Below are positions 19,985-29,900 of a stretch of 64,000 bases of DNA, piece by piece. The DNA comes from an uncultured archaeon (lineage in GTDB: Archaea > Thermoplasmatota > Penumbrarchaeia > JASLWR01): contig CAYSHM010000003.1 in NCBI GenBank assembly GCA_964430885.1, forward strand, positions 128,001 to 192,000. Direction: 5' to 3'. Numbering within the stretch: position 1 is the first letter of the stretch; each line of letters starts with the position of its first letter. The position numbers were made by a program, and so were the translations under genes. The notes under the pieces were generated by a model that made no database searches, was not told the DNA's origin, and worked only from the letters and a program-made list of their open reading frames with translations.

Positions 19985-20461
19985 ATGAAGGAAATGACCT
20001 TCGACGAATTAGGGATAATTTATCAAAATCTGGTCCATGAGGCGGAAAGGGTTATGGCAAATGCCTATAACCCTTATTCTAAATTTTATGTGGGAGCTGC
20101 AATTCTATGCAGGGATGGAGAAATCATAACCGGCTCCAATGTTGAGAACTGCGCCTACGGCTCTACAATATGTGCTGAGAGAATGGCAATCGGACGCGCA
20201 AATGCAAAGGGAAAGAGGGATATGACCGCCATAGCAGTCATCGGAAAGGGGGAGAGCGCGGACTCGGAGAGTGTTGTAGGACCATGCGGATCCTGCCGTC
20301 AAATGATATTCGAGTTCGGCCACATTCACCCTGGATCTGTGGATGTTGTTATGTCCAATGCAAGAAAGGACAAGATAATTGTTGCAACCATCTCGGAACT
20401 GCTGCCATTGGCCTTTGGCCCTAGAGAATTAGGTGTTGATGTAGCGGAATATCAGCAATGA
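19985..20461 (+). CDS. cdd: Cytidine deaminase (homotetrameric type)
   Basis: PYSKFYVGAA, NVEN, CAER, PCGSCRQ, ELLPLAF. Confidence 0.95.
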   Translation: MKEMTFDELGIIYQNLVHEAERVMANAYNPYSKFYVGAAILCRDGEIITGSNVENCAYGSTICAERMAIGRANAKGKRDMTAIAVIGKGESADSESVVGPCGSCRQMIFEFGHIHPGSVDVVMSNARKDKIIVATISELLPLAFGPRELGVDVAEYQQ

Positions 20462-20520
20462 GCAGTTCACATACCAGTTGGCTCCTTCAGCACCCTATAC
20501 TCCGATTTATTATTTTACAC

Positions 20521-20535
20521 GCAAACCTTTTATAT
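20521..20535 (+). promoter_or_regulatory. Putative archaeal BRE-TATA promoter upstream of mbf1
   Basis: GCAAACCTTTTATAT: a purine-rich BRE followed by a TTTTATAT box. Confidence 0.4.
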
Positions 20536-20817
20536 GCCGGAGGTTTTTTTTCCCCGTTGGTTAATTGCCAAAAGGGGTGAATCCCTGTTATTGATGTCTG
20601 GTCTGATAACTGGTAATGAATTGACTTTCAATAAATGGCCGAATAATATAATACAATCAGGGATTCAAGAGAAATGGGAACAATCAGGAAGCAGTATATC
20701 AATGAACAATAATTGGTATTGTATTGGTCCCCTTCAACCGGATAAGAACATATCGATTGAATATTACCTGCTGATTTGGAAAGTGCCGCATTACTGAATA
20801 TAGCCGAGGGTGAGAGT

Positions 20818-21345
20818 ATGATGTGTGAACTATGTGGAAAGAGCATTGAGAGAGGAGTGCCTACTGAAGTGGAGGGATCGGTGCTGGAAGTATGCAGAGA
20901 TTGTGCATCGTTCGGAAAACCCGTTAAGACCAGAAAAGGAGGGGGGGCGGGTTACCCTTCACCCCCTGGAGATTCTTCGGGATCCAATATCGAGGCAAAC
21001 CTCCAGAGGCGGTTTCAGAGAATGAGGGGTAAGGACATCTATGACAAGGCCGACCTGGTTCTGGCCGATGATTTTAATAGAATCATCCGAAAGGGCAGAC
21101 AGGCTAAAGGCTGGAGCCAAAAGGACCTCGCCAACAATATCAATGAAAAGAAATCCGTTATTGCCAAGCTGGAGAAATCGGACATGAGGCCAGATGAGGC
21201 TTTGAGAAAGAAACTCGAAAAGGCCCTAAATATCCGCCTCCTGGATGAACTCCCTGAACCTGTAACTCAATCCAAAAGAGGAGGAGGGGCTTTAACCATT
21301 GGCGACCTTATTCTCATGGCCAAAAAGGATCAGAAACAGAAGTGA
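20818..21345 (+). CDS. mbf1: Archaeal multiprotein bridging factor 1 (Zn ribbon plus Cro/C1 HTH)
   Basis: CELCG...VCRDC ribbon; WSQKDLANNINEKKSVIAKLE HTH; C-terminal TIGD; GGTGA SD. Confidence 0.95.
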   Translation: MMCELCGKSIERGVPTEVEGSVLEVCRDCASFGKPVKTRKGGGAGYPSPPGDSSGSNIEANLQRRFQRMRGKDIYDKADLVLADDFNRIIRKGRQAKGWSQKDLANNINEKKSVIAKLEKSDMRPDEALRKKLEKALNIRLLDELPEPVTQSKRGGGALTIGDLILMAKKDQKQK

Positions 21346-21349
21346 TACA

Positions 21350-22201
21350 ACGAGCAGAAAAAAAATCTTTATCAGTATTGTGATTACCACTTTCAACGAA
21401 GAAAGGAACCTCCCGGGCCTCCTGGATTCATTTATTCATCAGGAAAAGCCTTTTGAAGTGATCATAGTCGATGCCGGTTCCAGGGACCGATCGCAGGAAA
21501 TTGTCAGGAGATATGGGGAGAGATATCCTTTCATAAGGTTGGAGATATATCCAGGGACTCGGGGCGAGAGCAGGAACAGGGGGATTGAAATCGCAAAAGG
21601 GGGCGCTGTGGCCTTTATTGACGGAGACGCCCTGGCCAATCCGTTCTGGCTGAAGGAACTGAGAAAGAGTCTAAAGAAAAATGATGTCGTCGGCGGGATA
21701 GTGTTCAATGTGGGTTATCAGCCCTTTGTAGAATTGCCCCGTGTGGAGATGTTCTTCAGGAACAACGATCTTTCCCTTCCCTCCTGCAACCTTGTTTTTA
21801 AGAAAAAGGTGCTTGATGACATAGGTGGTTTTGATCCTGTTTTCATTACGGCGGAGGATATGGATCTCAATCTGAGGGCGGTTCTGGCCGGTTATAATAT
21901 AGGATATAATGAAAAGGCTGTTGTCTATCATCACGAGCGCTCTACTGTACAAGGGTTCATAAAACAGGCATTCTGGAATGGATTGGGAAGGAGACAGCTC
22001 CAGCTCAAACATGGAGATGTCGGGGAAGGCTACGATCTGGACAAGCTTTTATCACGAAAGCTCAACATGTGGTACTTTGTTAGAATAGGAATAGGAATGC
22101 TTGGATATGCCACTCTTCTCCTTACGGGTGTTAAGAAATACACTCCTGAAAAATATTCAAATAAGAAAACAAAAAAGAATAATAGGAACAAAGGGAAATA
22201 A
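21350..22201 (+). CDS. Glycosyltransferase family 2
   Basis: ISIVITTFNEE, VDAGSRD, FIDGD and AEDMDL. Start uncertain (see findings). Confidence 0.9.
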   Translation, partial: TSRKKIFISIVITTFNEERNLPGLLDSFIHQEKPFEVIIVDAGSRDRSQEIVRRYGERYPFIRLEIYPGTRGESRNRGIEIAKGGAVAFIDGDALANPFWLKELRKSLKKNDVVGGIVFNVGYQPFVELPRVEMFFRNNDLSLPSCNLVFKKKVLDDIGGFDPVFITAEDMDLNLRAVLAGYNIGYNEKAVVYHHERSTVQGFIKQAFWNGLGRRQLQLKHGDVGEGYDLDKLLSRKLNMWYFVRIGIGMLGYATLLLTGVKKYTPEKYSNKKTKKNNRNKGK

Positions 22202-22345
22202 AGGAAAGGAACAATCCAACGTTTTTGCTATTACTGCATTACTAATAATAATAATAATTCAAATTTCAAATAAATAATTGAGATTTAGGAAAGGTATATT
22301 CATTGAGGCAGATCGGGAGATAACATAAAAAGGCAGGTGTGAATC

Positions 22346-24889
22346 ATGGCGGAAATGACCAATCAGGGTTTACCAAAACCCCCTAGGAAAAAGGTAAAAA
22401 AGGTAAAGAAGGTAAGGAAAGAGACCCGGACCGTGAAGCGTCCGATTCCAAAGAGAAGGGTAGTCCGGCAGGCTACAGCCAAGGACAAAATGGTCCAGCA
22501 GCAGCCCTACGCGGAACAGCCCGATTTTGGTCAATATGACATGCCTAGCGGCGAACAGACCGTAAGTCAGGAGGAGAGCTATCAGGAATACGCTGGTGAA
22601 GAACAGGCTGAAACATCTGCAGAGATGTTCGGGGTAATGGCCCAAGAAGAGGATGATGTTGTGGAGGAACTTCTTAGAGAGGGGCTCGATGGTGAAGGTG
22701 ATGCTGGAACCGAAGATATTGCTGAAGGAGTGGAGACCCCGGAAGAGATGGAGGAAGAAATCACCCCCGAATTGGCCCTGAAAATACAGGACGTTACCGA
22801 TCTGCTTAACAAGGCAAACCAGAAACTAACCATGGCAAAGAGGGAAAGCGGTTACGCATTCAACGAGGCTACCAGCATTATGGAGAGATGCGCAGACCTT
22901 TTCGGTGAAGAGAAATATGATGAGATAATGGAGATTATCGGAGAGGTAGAGCCTTCAGTAGATAATGAGATCAGAAGTTGGGATGATATCTACGAACGGT
23001 TGGAAAAATTAAGAAATGATATTGTCTGGCTCGGTGAGAGGAATATTTTTGACGAACAAGTCAATGAATGTTATGAGAAGGCTGGCGAAACCTACCAGGA
23101 AGGGGATATTCAGGGTACTTTGGCTCTGATCGAAAATATGGAGAACAGCACCAAAACCCTGAAGGAATCCCTCGAAACCACCATCGAGAATATAGGAAAG
23201 ATCAAGGTCATACTTTCAGAAGCTCAGGATGAGGGCATCGACATTACCGAAGAGATGAATTCTGTTGCCATGCTCAGAGAACCCATGTCCGAGGGTGATT
23301 TTGAAACGGTGAACAAGGCCATTTCGGGAATTGAGGGATCAATCCAAAACAGAAGAAAAGAAGCTGTCCTTGCTGAACTTGAGGAGACGGACAAGATACT
23401 GAAAAATGCTCCTCCTACAATAGACCTTACGGAAGCTAAAGAACTGCTACTGGAAAGCAGAGAATTACTGGAAAACGACGAATACAAGGATGCAAAGCAG
23501 AAAATATTCAATGCTAGGGAAGCGGCAAAGGAAACCAGAGAGCGATATCTGGAACTGGTCCAGAAGATCGAAACGGTGAGCAAATATATGGATCAGTTAT
23601 CCACAATGCCTATTGACATCACAGAGATAGAAGAGATCAGCATCACATCCAAAGAGGCCCTTAAAAACGGAGACCTTGACGGAGCTGAGGAGTGCCTGAA
23701 AAGACTCCAACCAGCAATGGAGGAGATGAAGGAGAAGGAAAAGGCAAGATTTTCGCAATCCATAGAAGAAGAACTACAGAAGGTCGGCGCTTCCCTGGCC
23801 GAGATACGGGAAAAATATCCAAGCAGCGATATCGAGGTATTCCAAAAGCGTCATATCACTCTGGCTGAACAGTATGAGGAAGCACAGGATCTGAGGGACC
23901 TAATCCATCTTCATGCACTAACCGAAGAGCTCCATAATATCATGGAAGCCAGAATGGGCATGATCATCAAGAGAGCGAAGGAGACCCAGAATGGAAGGGC
24001 AGTTCTGGGTGTTGACACTGAAACCGGTACGGGGCATCCACGATCCACATTTGATGTGTGTACTGTCTGCAAGAAACCCGTAGGTACTCATGAAGCTAGA
24101 TATCTGTGCGGCTGCAACCAGCTTTATCACAAGGGCTGCGCAGAAAAAGTGAGCTCCAACTTCTGCAACGAATGCGGCGGTGACCTGTTCGATATCGAGA
24201 ACATGTTCCTAGTGACCTGCTCCATATGCGGAGGCGACGTATGGTATGACGATACATTGTTGGTCCATGACTGCGGTGCTTTCTATCACAGGGACTGCAT
24301 ACTTACAGAGATGGAATGCGGAAACTGCTATGGACCGGTGGATGCTGCTACCGGATATATAATGGCAACATGTATGGTATGCTACAAAATTGTGCGGGAT
24401 GATTCGGACAGCGTACGTTGCGACTGCGGTGAGCCATACCATGACAAATGCTACGATATAATTAACTACTGCACCAGGTGCGGGAAAAACCTCAGTGAAG
24501 GGGCTACCGTGCAGGAGAAAATGAAATGGGAAGAGGAGAATGTAGCCAGTGATGATCAATCCGACTCCACTGAGGAAGTAGAGAGCGATCCCGCTGAAAA
24601 CGCAGATACGGAAGTTGACAGCCTTCTCGGTGAAGCCGAGGAAAGCATATCCCAAGAGGTGACGGAGGTAGAACCAAAACCTGATAAGATCGAAGAGGGA
24701 AGCCCGGAGAAAGGAGAAAAAGAGGAGGTTGTGGAAGAAAAGATCGAAGAAGAGGGCAAGGAAGAGGAAGAAGCTAGCGAACCAGTCTTGCCGGAAGCTG
24801 AAAAACAAGAAACCAAGGACCAGGGAGGAGATGACGACATCGATGATGAGCTGGAATCCCTCCTTGAAGGCATTGAGGACGAATTGTAA
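22346..24889 (+). CDS. Acidic coiled-coil/helical-repeat protein with three tandem C4HC3 zinc fingers
   Basis: Basic N-terminus, long Glu-rich helical region, three CxxC...CxC-x4-HxxC...CxxC units (HxC in unit 2), acidic tail. Confidence 0.8.
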   Translation: MAEMTNQGLPKPPRKKVKKVKKVRKETRTVKRPIPKRRVVRQATAKDKMVQQQPYAEQPDFGQYDMPSGEQTVSQEESYQEYAGEEQAETSAEMFGVMAQEEDDVVEELLREGLDGEGDAGTEDIAEGVETPEEMEEEITPELALKIQDVTDLLNKANQKLTMAKRESGYAFNEATSIMERCADLFGEEKYDEIMEIIGEVEPSVDNEIRSWDDIYERLEKLRNDIVWLGERNIFDEQVNECYEKAGETYQEGDIQGTLALIENMENSTKTLKESLETTIENIGKIKVILSEAQDEGIDITEEMNSVAMLREPMSEGDFETVNKAISGIEGSIQNRRKEAVLAELEETDKILKNAPPTIDLTEAKELLLESRELLENDEYKDAKQKIFNAREAAKETRERYLELVQKIETVSKYMDQLSTMPIDITEIEEISITSKEALKNGDLDGAEECLKRLQPAMEEMKEKEKARFSQSIEEELQKVGASLAEIREKYPSSDIEVFQKRHITLAEQYEEAQDLRDLIHLHALTEELHNIMEARMGMIIKRAKETQNGRAVLGVDTETGTGHPRSTFDVCTVCKKPVGTHEARYLCGCNQLYHKGCAEKVSSNFCNECGGDLFDIENMFLVTCSICGGDVWYDDTLLVHDCGAFYHRDCILTEMECGNCYGPVDAATGYIMATCMVCYKIVRDDSDSVRCDCGEPYHDKCYDIINYCTRCGKNLSEGATVQEKMKWEEENVASDDQSDSTEEVESDPAENADTEVDSLLGEAEESISQEVTEVEPKPDKIEEGSPEKGEKEEVVEEKIEEEGKEEEEASEPVLPEAEKQETKDQGGDDDIDDELESLLEGIEDEL

Positions 24890-25008
24890 TGATTTAAAGA
24901 TAATATATTTTTTCAGAATAAATACAAATTGACGGACCATAATACAATTTAAAAAATTGAAACTATAAGCTTTGATCTTATTTATTTCCCCATTGACTAG
25001 GTGATTTA

Positions 25009-26493
25009 TTGGAAAAGACAACAGAAAATGAACTAGATCTACTAGGTGAATTGAGAAGGACCCATTACTGCACCGATGTAAAGGAAAGCGAATTCAACAC
25101 CCAGGTAGTGCTGGCTGGCTGGATTCACGAGATGAGGAACCTCGGCGGGATATGCTTTCTTCAGCTGAGAGACCGAAGCGGCATTGCCCAGGTCACCCTT
25201 GAGAAGAGCCATGATGAAAATATCTTCAACACCTTGACCTCACTATCCAGGGAAAGCGTTATCATGGTCAAAGGATTGGCGAAAGAGAATGATCGAGCTC
25301 CCGGAGGATTTGAAGTAATACCCGATCTGGCAAAGGTGCTTTCAAAAGCCGAAGTGCCCCTTCCCCTGGGCGTATCCGACATGGTACTAGCGGATCTGGA
25401 CACAAGACTGGACAACAGATTCCTGGATCTGAGAAAAGAGGATATCAATGCAGTGTTCAGGATCAAGCATAAGGTTCTGAAAGCGGTATCCGATACCTTA
25501 TCGGACCGGGGTTTTATCGAGGTTAATACACCCAAGATCGTGGCCACTGCTACCGAGGGAGGAACTGAACTCTTCAGGGTCAAGTACTTCAACGAGGATG
25601 CTTTCCTGAACCAATCCCCACAGCTATACAAGCAGACGCTGATGGGTGCGGGATTCGACAGGGTATTTGAGATCGGGCCGGCATTCCGAGCGGAAGAGCA
25701 CGACACTGTGAGACATCTTAACGAGTTCATATCCCTTGATATTGAGATGTCCTTTTCAGATGAGAACGATGCTATGGACGCTCTGGAAGAGGTAACCCGA
25801 AACGTTGTCAACAGCGTAGCTGGCTGCAGGGATGAGATTCAGCTAATTAATCAGGGCCGCAAGAAATTGAACAAGCTTGTTAACAAGATGAACATGAACA
25901 TCAACAGACAGAACAAAGCCATAAAGAAAGAGAACCAGAAACTGAAATCCCAGAGCAAACCTCTAAAGGAGCTGGCCAAACCCCATGGACTTTATCCTAT
26001 GATGGAGGTCGAACCTATAGAGGGAAGGGTACCCCGGATCAGATACCAAAAATGCATCGATATTGCCAAAAAAGGAGGGGTGAAAGTGGAGTTTGGTGAA
26101 GATCTTTCCATGGAAGCCATGAAAGTTGTGGCCAAGAAATATCCTGGCTACTTCTTCATAACCCATTGGCCCACTGCAATAAAACCTTTCTATGTTCAAC
26201 CCTACGAGGACGAGCCGGAGGTATGCAGGGCCTTTGATCTTAACAGGGGATGGTATGAGCTGGCATCTGGCGCCCAAAGAGTACATGATATTGAGCTATT
26301 GAGGAAGAACTTAGAACGAATGGGGTTGGACCCTGAGGCTTTTTCCTACTATCTCAATGCCTTCAGGTACGGTATGCCGCCTCATGCTGGTTGGGGGTGC
26401 GGACTTGAAAGATACATGATAGCCCTGACCAGCGTGAAAAATGTACGTGAGGTAGTACTGTTCCCCAGGGACCGGTACAGACTGGTGCCGTAA
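25009..26493 (+). CDS. aspS: Archaeal-type aspartate--tRNA(Asp/Asn) ligase with a basic insertion
   Basis: RTHY, GWIHEMRNLGG, QSPQLYKQ, FRAEEH, GMPPHAGWGCGLER, LFPRD. His and Pro (RAPGG) at the anticodon-loop positions are typical of non-discriminating enzymes. Confidence 0.96.
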   Translation: MEKTTENELDLLGELRRTHYCTDVKESEFNTQVVLAGWIHEMRNLGGICFLQLRDRSGIAQVTLEKSHDENIFNTLTSLSRESVIMVKGLAKENDRAPGGFEVIPDLAKVLSKAEVPLPLGVSDMVLADLDTRLDNRFLDLRKEDINAVFRIKHKVLKAVSDTLSDRGFIEVNTPKIVATATEGGTELFRVKYFNEDAFLNQSPQLYKQTLMGAGFDRVFEIGPAFRAEEHDTVRHLNEFISLDIEMSFSDENDAMDALEEVTRNVVNSVAGCRDEIQLINQGRKKLNKLVNKMNMNINRQNKAIKKENQKLKSQSKPLKELAKPHGLYPMMEVEPIEGRVPRIRYQKCIDIAKKGGVKVEFGEDLSMEAMKVVAKKYPGYFFITHWPTAIKPFYVQPYEDEPEVCRAFDLNRGWYELASGAQRVHDIELLRKNLERMGLDPEAFSYYLNAFRYGMPPHAGWGCGLERYMIALTSVKNVREVVLFPRDRYRLVP

Positions 26494-26504
26494 ATATAGG
26501 CAGT

Positions 26505-26849
26505 TCATATAAAATAATTCAGTATAAGCCATACTAAAAGAAAACCTATCCCAAAACCTGCCAAAACACCAGTGAGAAAACGCCTACCGTTGCTGCTGGT
26601 ATATTTTGTCTGAAATTGAAGAGCACCATCTACCATTAAGGGGCACTGCAGGATTACTGATGCTATTACCACCCATTGAGCTCCAACATTCTTTACAAAA
26701 TCAGTGAATAAAGCAGATATTGTAAGCCCTGCTATGGAAAGAGCAAGCATAGTATAGAAACCCAAGCATCTGGAGCAGATCCTCATGGGTTTTCCGCGAA
26801 ATCTGAAACATCTCTCTTCTCTTCCATGGCACAAGGGGAAAAACGGCAT
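26505..26849 (-). CDS. DUF2085-like small membrane protein
   Basis: CH...ERCF...PMRICSRCLGFY, PLMVDG, SNGRRFLTG. Confidence 0.8.
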   Translation of the reverse strand: MPFFPLCHGREERCFRFRGKPMRICSRCLGFYTMLALSIAGLTISALFTDFVKNVGAQWVVIASVILQCPLMVDGALQFQTKYTSSNGRRFLTGVLAGFGIGFLLVWLILNYFI

Positions 26850-26937
26850 ACTTTATCTGCACCTCTTTGGCTTCTCACATGTGTTTCGATATGGATATTG
26901 ATATGATATCATTGTAGTTGTCATAATATTTGTGTAT

Positions 26938-29900
26938 TTATTTGGGAGGAGGGGGCAGAGGTTTCTTCGGAGGGTTTTTAGATGGGGGGTCAGTAGCTGT
27001 TTCAGCAGATATTTCCGAAAGTTCATCGGCAGGCACTTGGTCCTCCGCTTCTGCAGGCTTGCTCTCGGTTATTTCATCTTGGGACTTCTCCCCGTTTCCG
27101 TCCGAACCTACCTCATCCTGACTATTGCCATCATAAATTTTATCACCGCCTTGATACCGTGGGACCTGATCCCCCCCTTCATCGGACAACTCTTCTTCAG
27201 TTTCCAAAGAATGAGTGTTGGTTTCGCTCAATGAATCCGAGCCGCCAACTCTCTCCTCTTCAATATCCAAATCAACCCCTTTCCCTTTACGGGCTAGGAT
27301 CAAAATCAGGAACAATATTGCAAGGACAACAATGAAAACTATGAGTATTATCAGCCATAAGGGAAAACCGCCGGTGCTTTCTGACTTTTCCTGACCACCT
27401 ATTTCCTCACCCGTTACGGTTATCCTCCTACTTATCTCCGATGAGTCACCATCGCTGTCGGTCACTGAAAGGACTATCTCATAACTGCCTGATTTCGTGA
27501 AAACATGCTCCACTGCTATACCTGTTTTTTTCAAATTGCCAATCTTCCACTCATAGGTGAGACCATCAATATCTCCAAGCGTATCAATAGAGCCCGTCCC
27601 ATTGAACGTGATAACTGCACCCGTGGTTATTCTGCTTGGTGAGATCGACATTACTGCTTCAGGAGGCAGATTCTTTACCGTAACTGTCTTTTCGGCCTGC
27701 ATGGACTCTCCGTCATCATCTGTGACCGTCAATATCACCTTATGTTTGCCTGAGACTCCAAAAATATAATCTGTAATCATACCATATAACTTCACGGAGT
27801 TATCAATTGTCCAGGTGAAGTTCAAATGTGGAATATCCGATAAGGTATCCATTGAGAGTGCGGCGTCAAAGGTTACGCTCATACCTTCCTCGATGTTAGA
27901 TGATGGAGAATATGTAAACCTTGCGGAAGGTGCTTCATTGAGAACTGCTACCAGCATGGTATCTTCAACGGATAGATTGCTGTTATCCCTGACCGAAGCA
28001 GTTAGCAGGTAGCTTCCCTCATATTCATAGGAATGGCGGAAATTCATCGTATTATTCCAATCTGTCGCATTTCCGTCACCGAAATTCAATCTATACTGAA
28101 GATCATCCAGATCCGATGGCGTGTCGGTGGCCTCAATGGCAACCTCTATCTCCTGATCCTCAAATACCTCGCTATAGTCTACACTTAATTCAATTTCAGG
28201 GGATTGATTCTCCACAGTAATGTTCACTATACTTTCGTCAGTATCTTCATCATCATCCTTAACGGTCAAAATTGCCCGATATTCTCCCGCCTGAGTATAG
28301 GTATGCACTGAATCAGGGGTAACAGACCAGGGAGATATTGTACCGTCATAGAAATCCCATTGATAAATCAGACCATCGAGGTCCGAAAGGGTATCCTCAG
28401 CAGTACCCGTGAACAATGTGGCCTGATCCTCCTCGATTGTCATAGAAGCTGCTGAATCACAGATGGGAGCTACATTTTTTACAGCAATATGGTGAATCGA
28501 GGAATTCATATCTCCGTGGCGATCCCTAGCATATAGAATAATCGAATAATTACCCGATTTCTTATAGGTGTGTGCAGAGGAATTCATTACATTATAATCT
28601 GTTTTATATCCATCTCCAAAATCCCATTTGTGGGTCATCTCACCCATGTCCAGAAGTGAATCCTTCACCCTGCATCGAAAATTTATTTCCTGATCCTCCA
28701 AAGAGCTTGTCGGACCAATAACTTCGATTTCCGGCAATACGTTAAGTATTTCGATCTCTCTGCTCGTCTCTGATACCACATTATCATCATCCCTTGCCCT
28801 CAACGTCAGGGTATAGGATCCCTTGTTTTCATAACTATGACTGTAATGGGAAGAATTGCTCCAGCCAGTGCTGTTGCCGTCTCCGAAATCCAACTCATAA
28901 CTCATGTTCTTAAGATCGTTAAGTGAATCAAAGGTATCGTTTGAATAAAAATAGAGCATCTGATTCTCAAAGCCCGCAGCATCCCCGGTAAGAATCGCAG
29001 AGGGTTCCATATTCTCTGAAGTTACCTTCAAAGTCCTCATGGTTCCTTCTGAACCGTCATAGTTCCAGGCGGTAGCTCTAATAATATTAGACCCGGGGAA
29101 GTAGTAGGAATGATCAATGGTCTCGGAAGAGGATTTTACCGTATCATCACTACCGTCATTACCAAAATCCCAGGCCACCTGGCATTGTACGTCGGTGGAT
29201 ATGCTGAAAGTTATCATCTCATTCTCATGGGCATCATAAGTGCTGGCAGTGAGGGATTCAATGGAAGGGGGGGATGAAGGTTTTTCAATAACTAAAACTT
29301 GATCCGCATTGATGTTCTCAACTACCTTCACAGTACCATCAGGATATTCAATCTCTATGCGGTTCGCAATAGTATCCTGTCCAAGCCCAAAATGCAGCAC
29401 CATGTCGTTCTGGCTTGAATGGGAACCTACCCCCGTTTCCACCTGTTTCAAGCACATACCCGAATTGGTATGTACCCTTACCTGGGCTCCTATGGCAAAT
29501 GAGGTCCCATCCATGACCTTTATCTTCAGCCAGTGATTGGAATTACCCTCGTTACGGAATAGCCTGATCCTTACTGGATGCTCTTCAGTGGTACGCCCAG
29601 CAGTTACCAGATCCTGATCGCCGTCATTGTCGTAATCAGCCCATGCTCCTGCATAGGTATCGACAATATCCAAACCCAGTTGGGGTGCCATATTGGTAAA
29701 GGTTAGATCTCCGTTATTCCTGTAAAGATAGGCATACATCCAATAATGATTGTAGACCTGGGTTATCCAGAGATCCATATCCCCATCGTTATCATAATCT
29801 GCGAATACTGCATTTGCAAAGTTCTCATCATCATAATACCCGCCTTCAACACCTCCAACAGGTTTAATAGGTATTCCGCATGTGGCTCTGGCATCGGTAA

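Noticed and set aside
24209-25021. 270-aa minus-strand ORF and many other Ser/Phe-rich antisense ORFs
   Set aside because: Shadow frames of Glu/Asp/Lys-rich sense genes with no independent motifs.
25846-26000. Possible intein in AspRS
   Set aside because: Too short, and it lacks the splice-junction residues.
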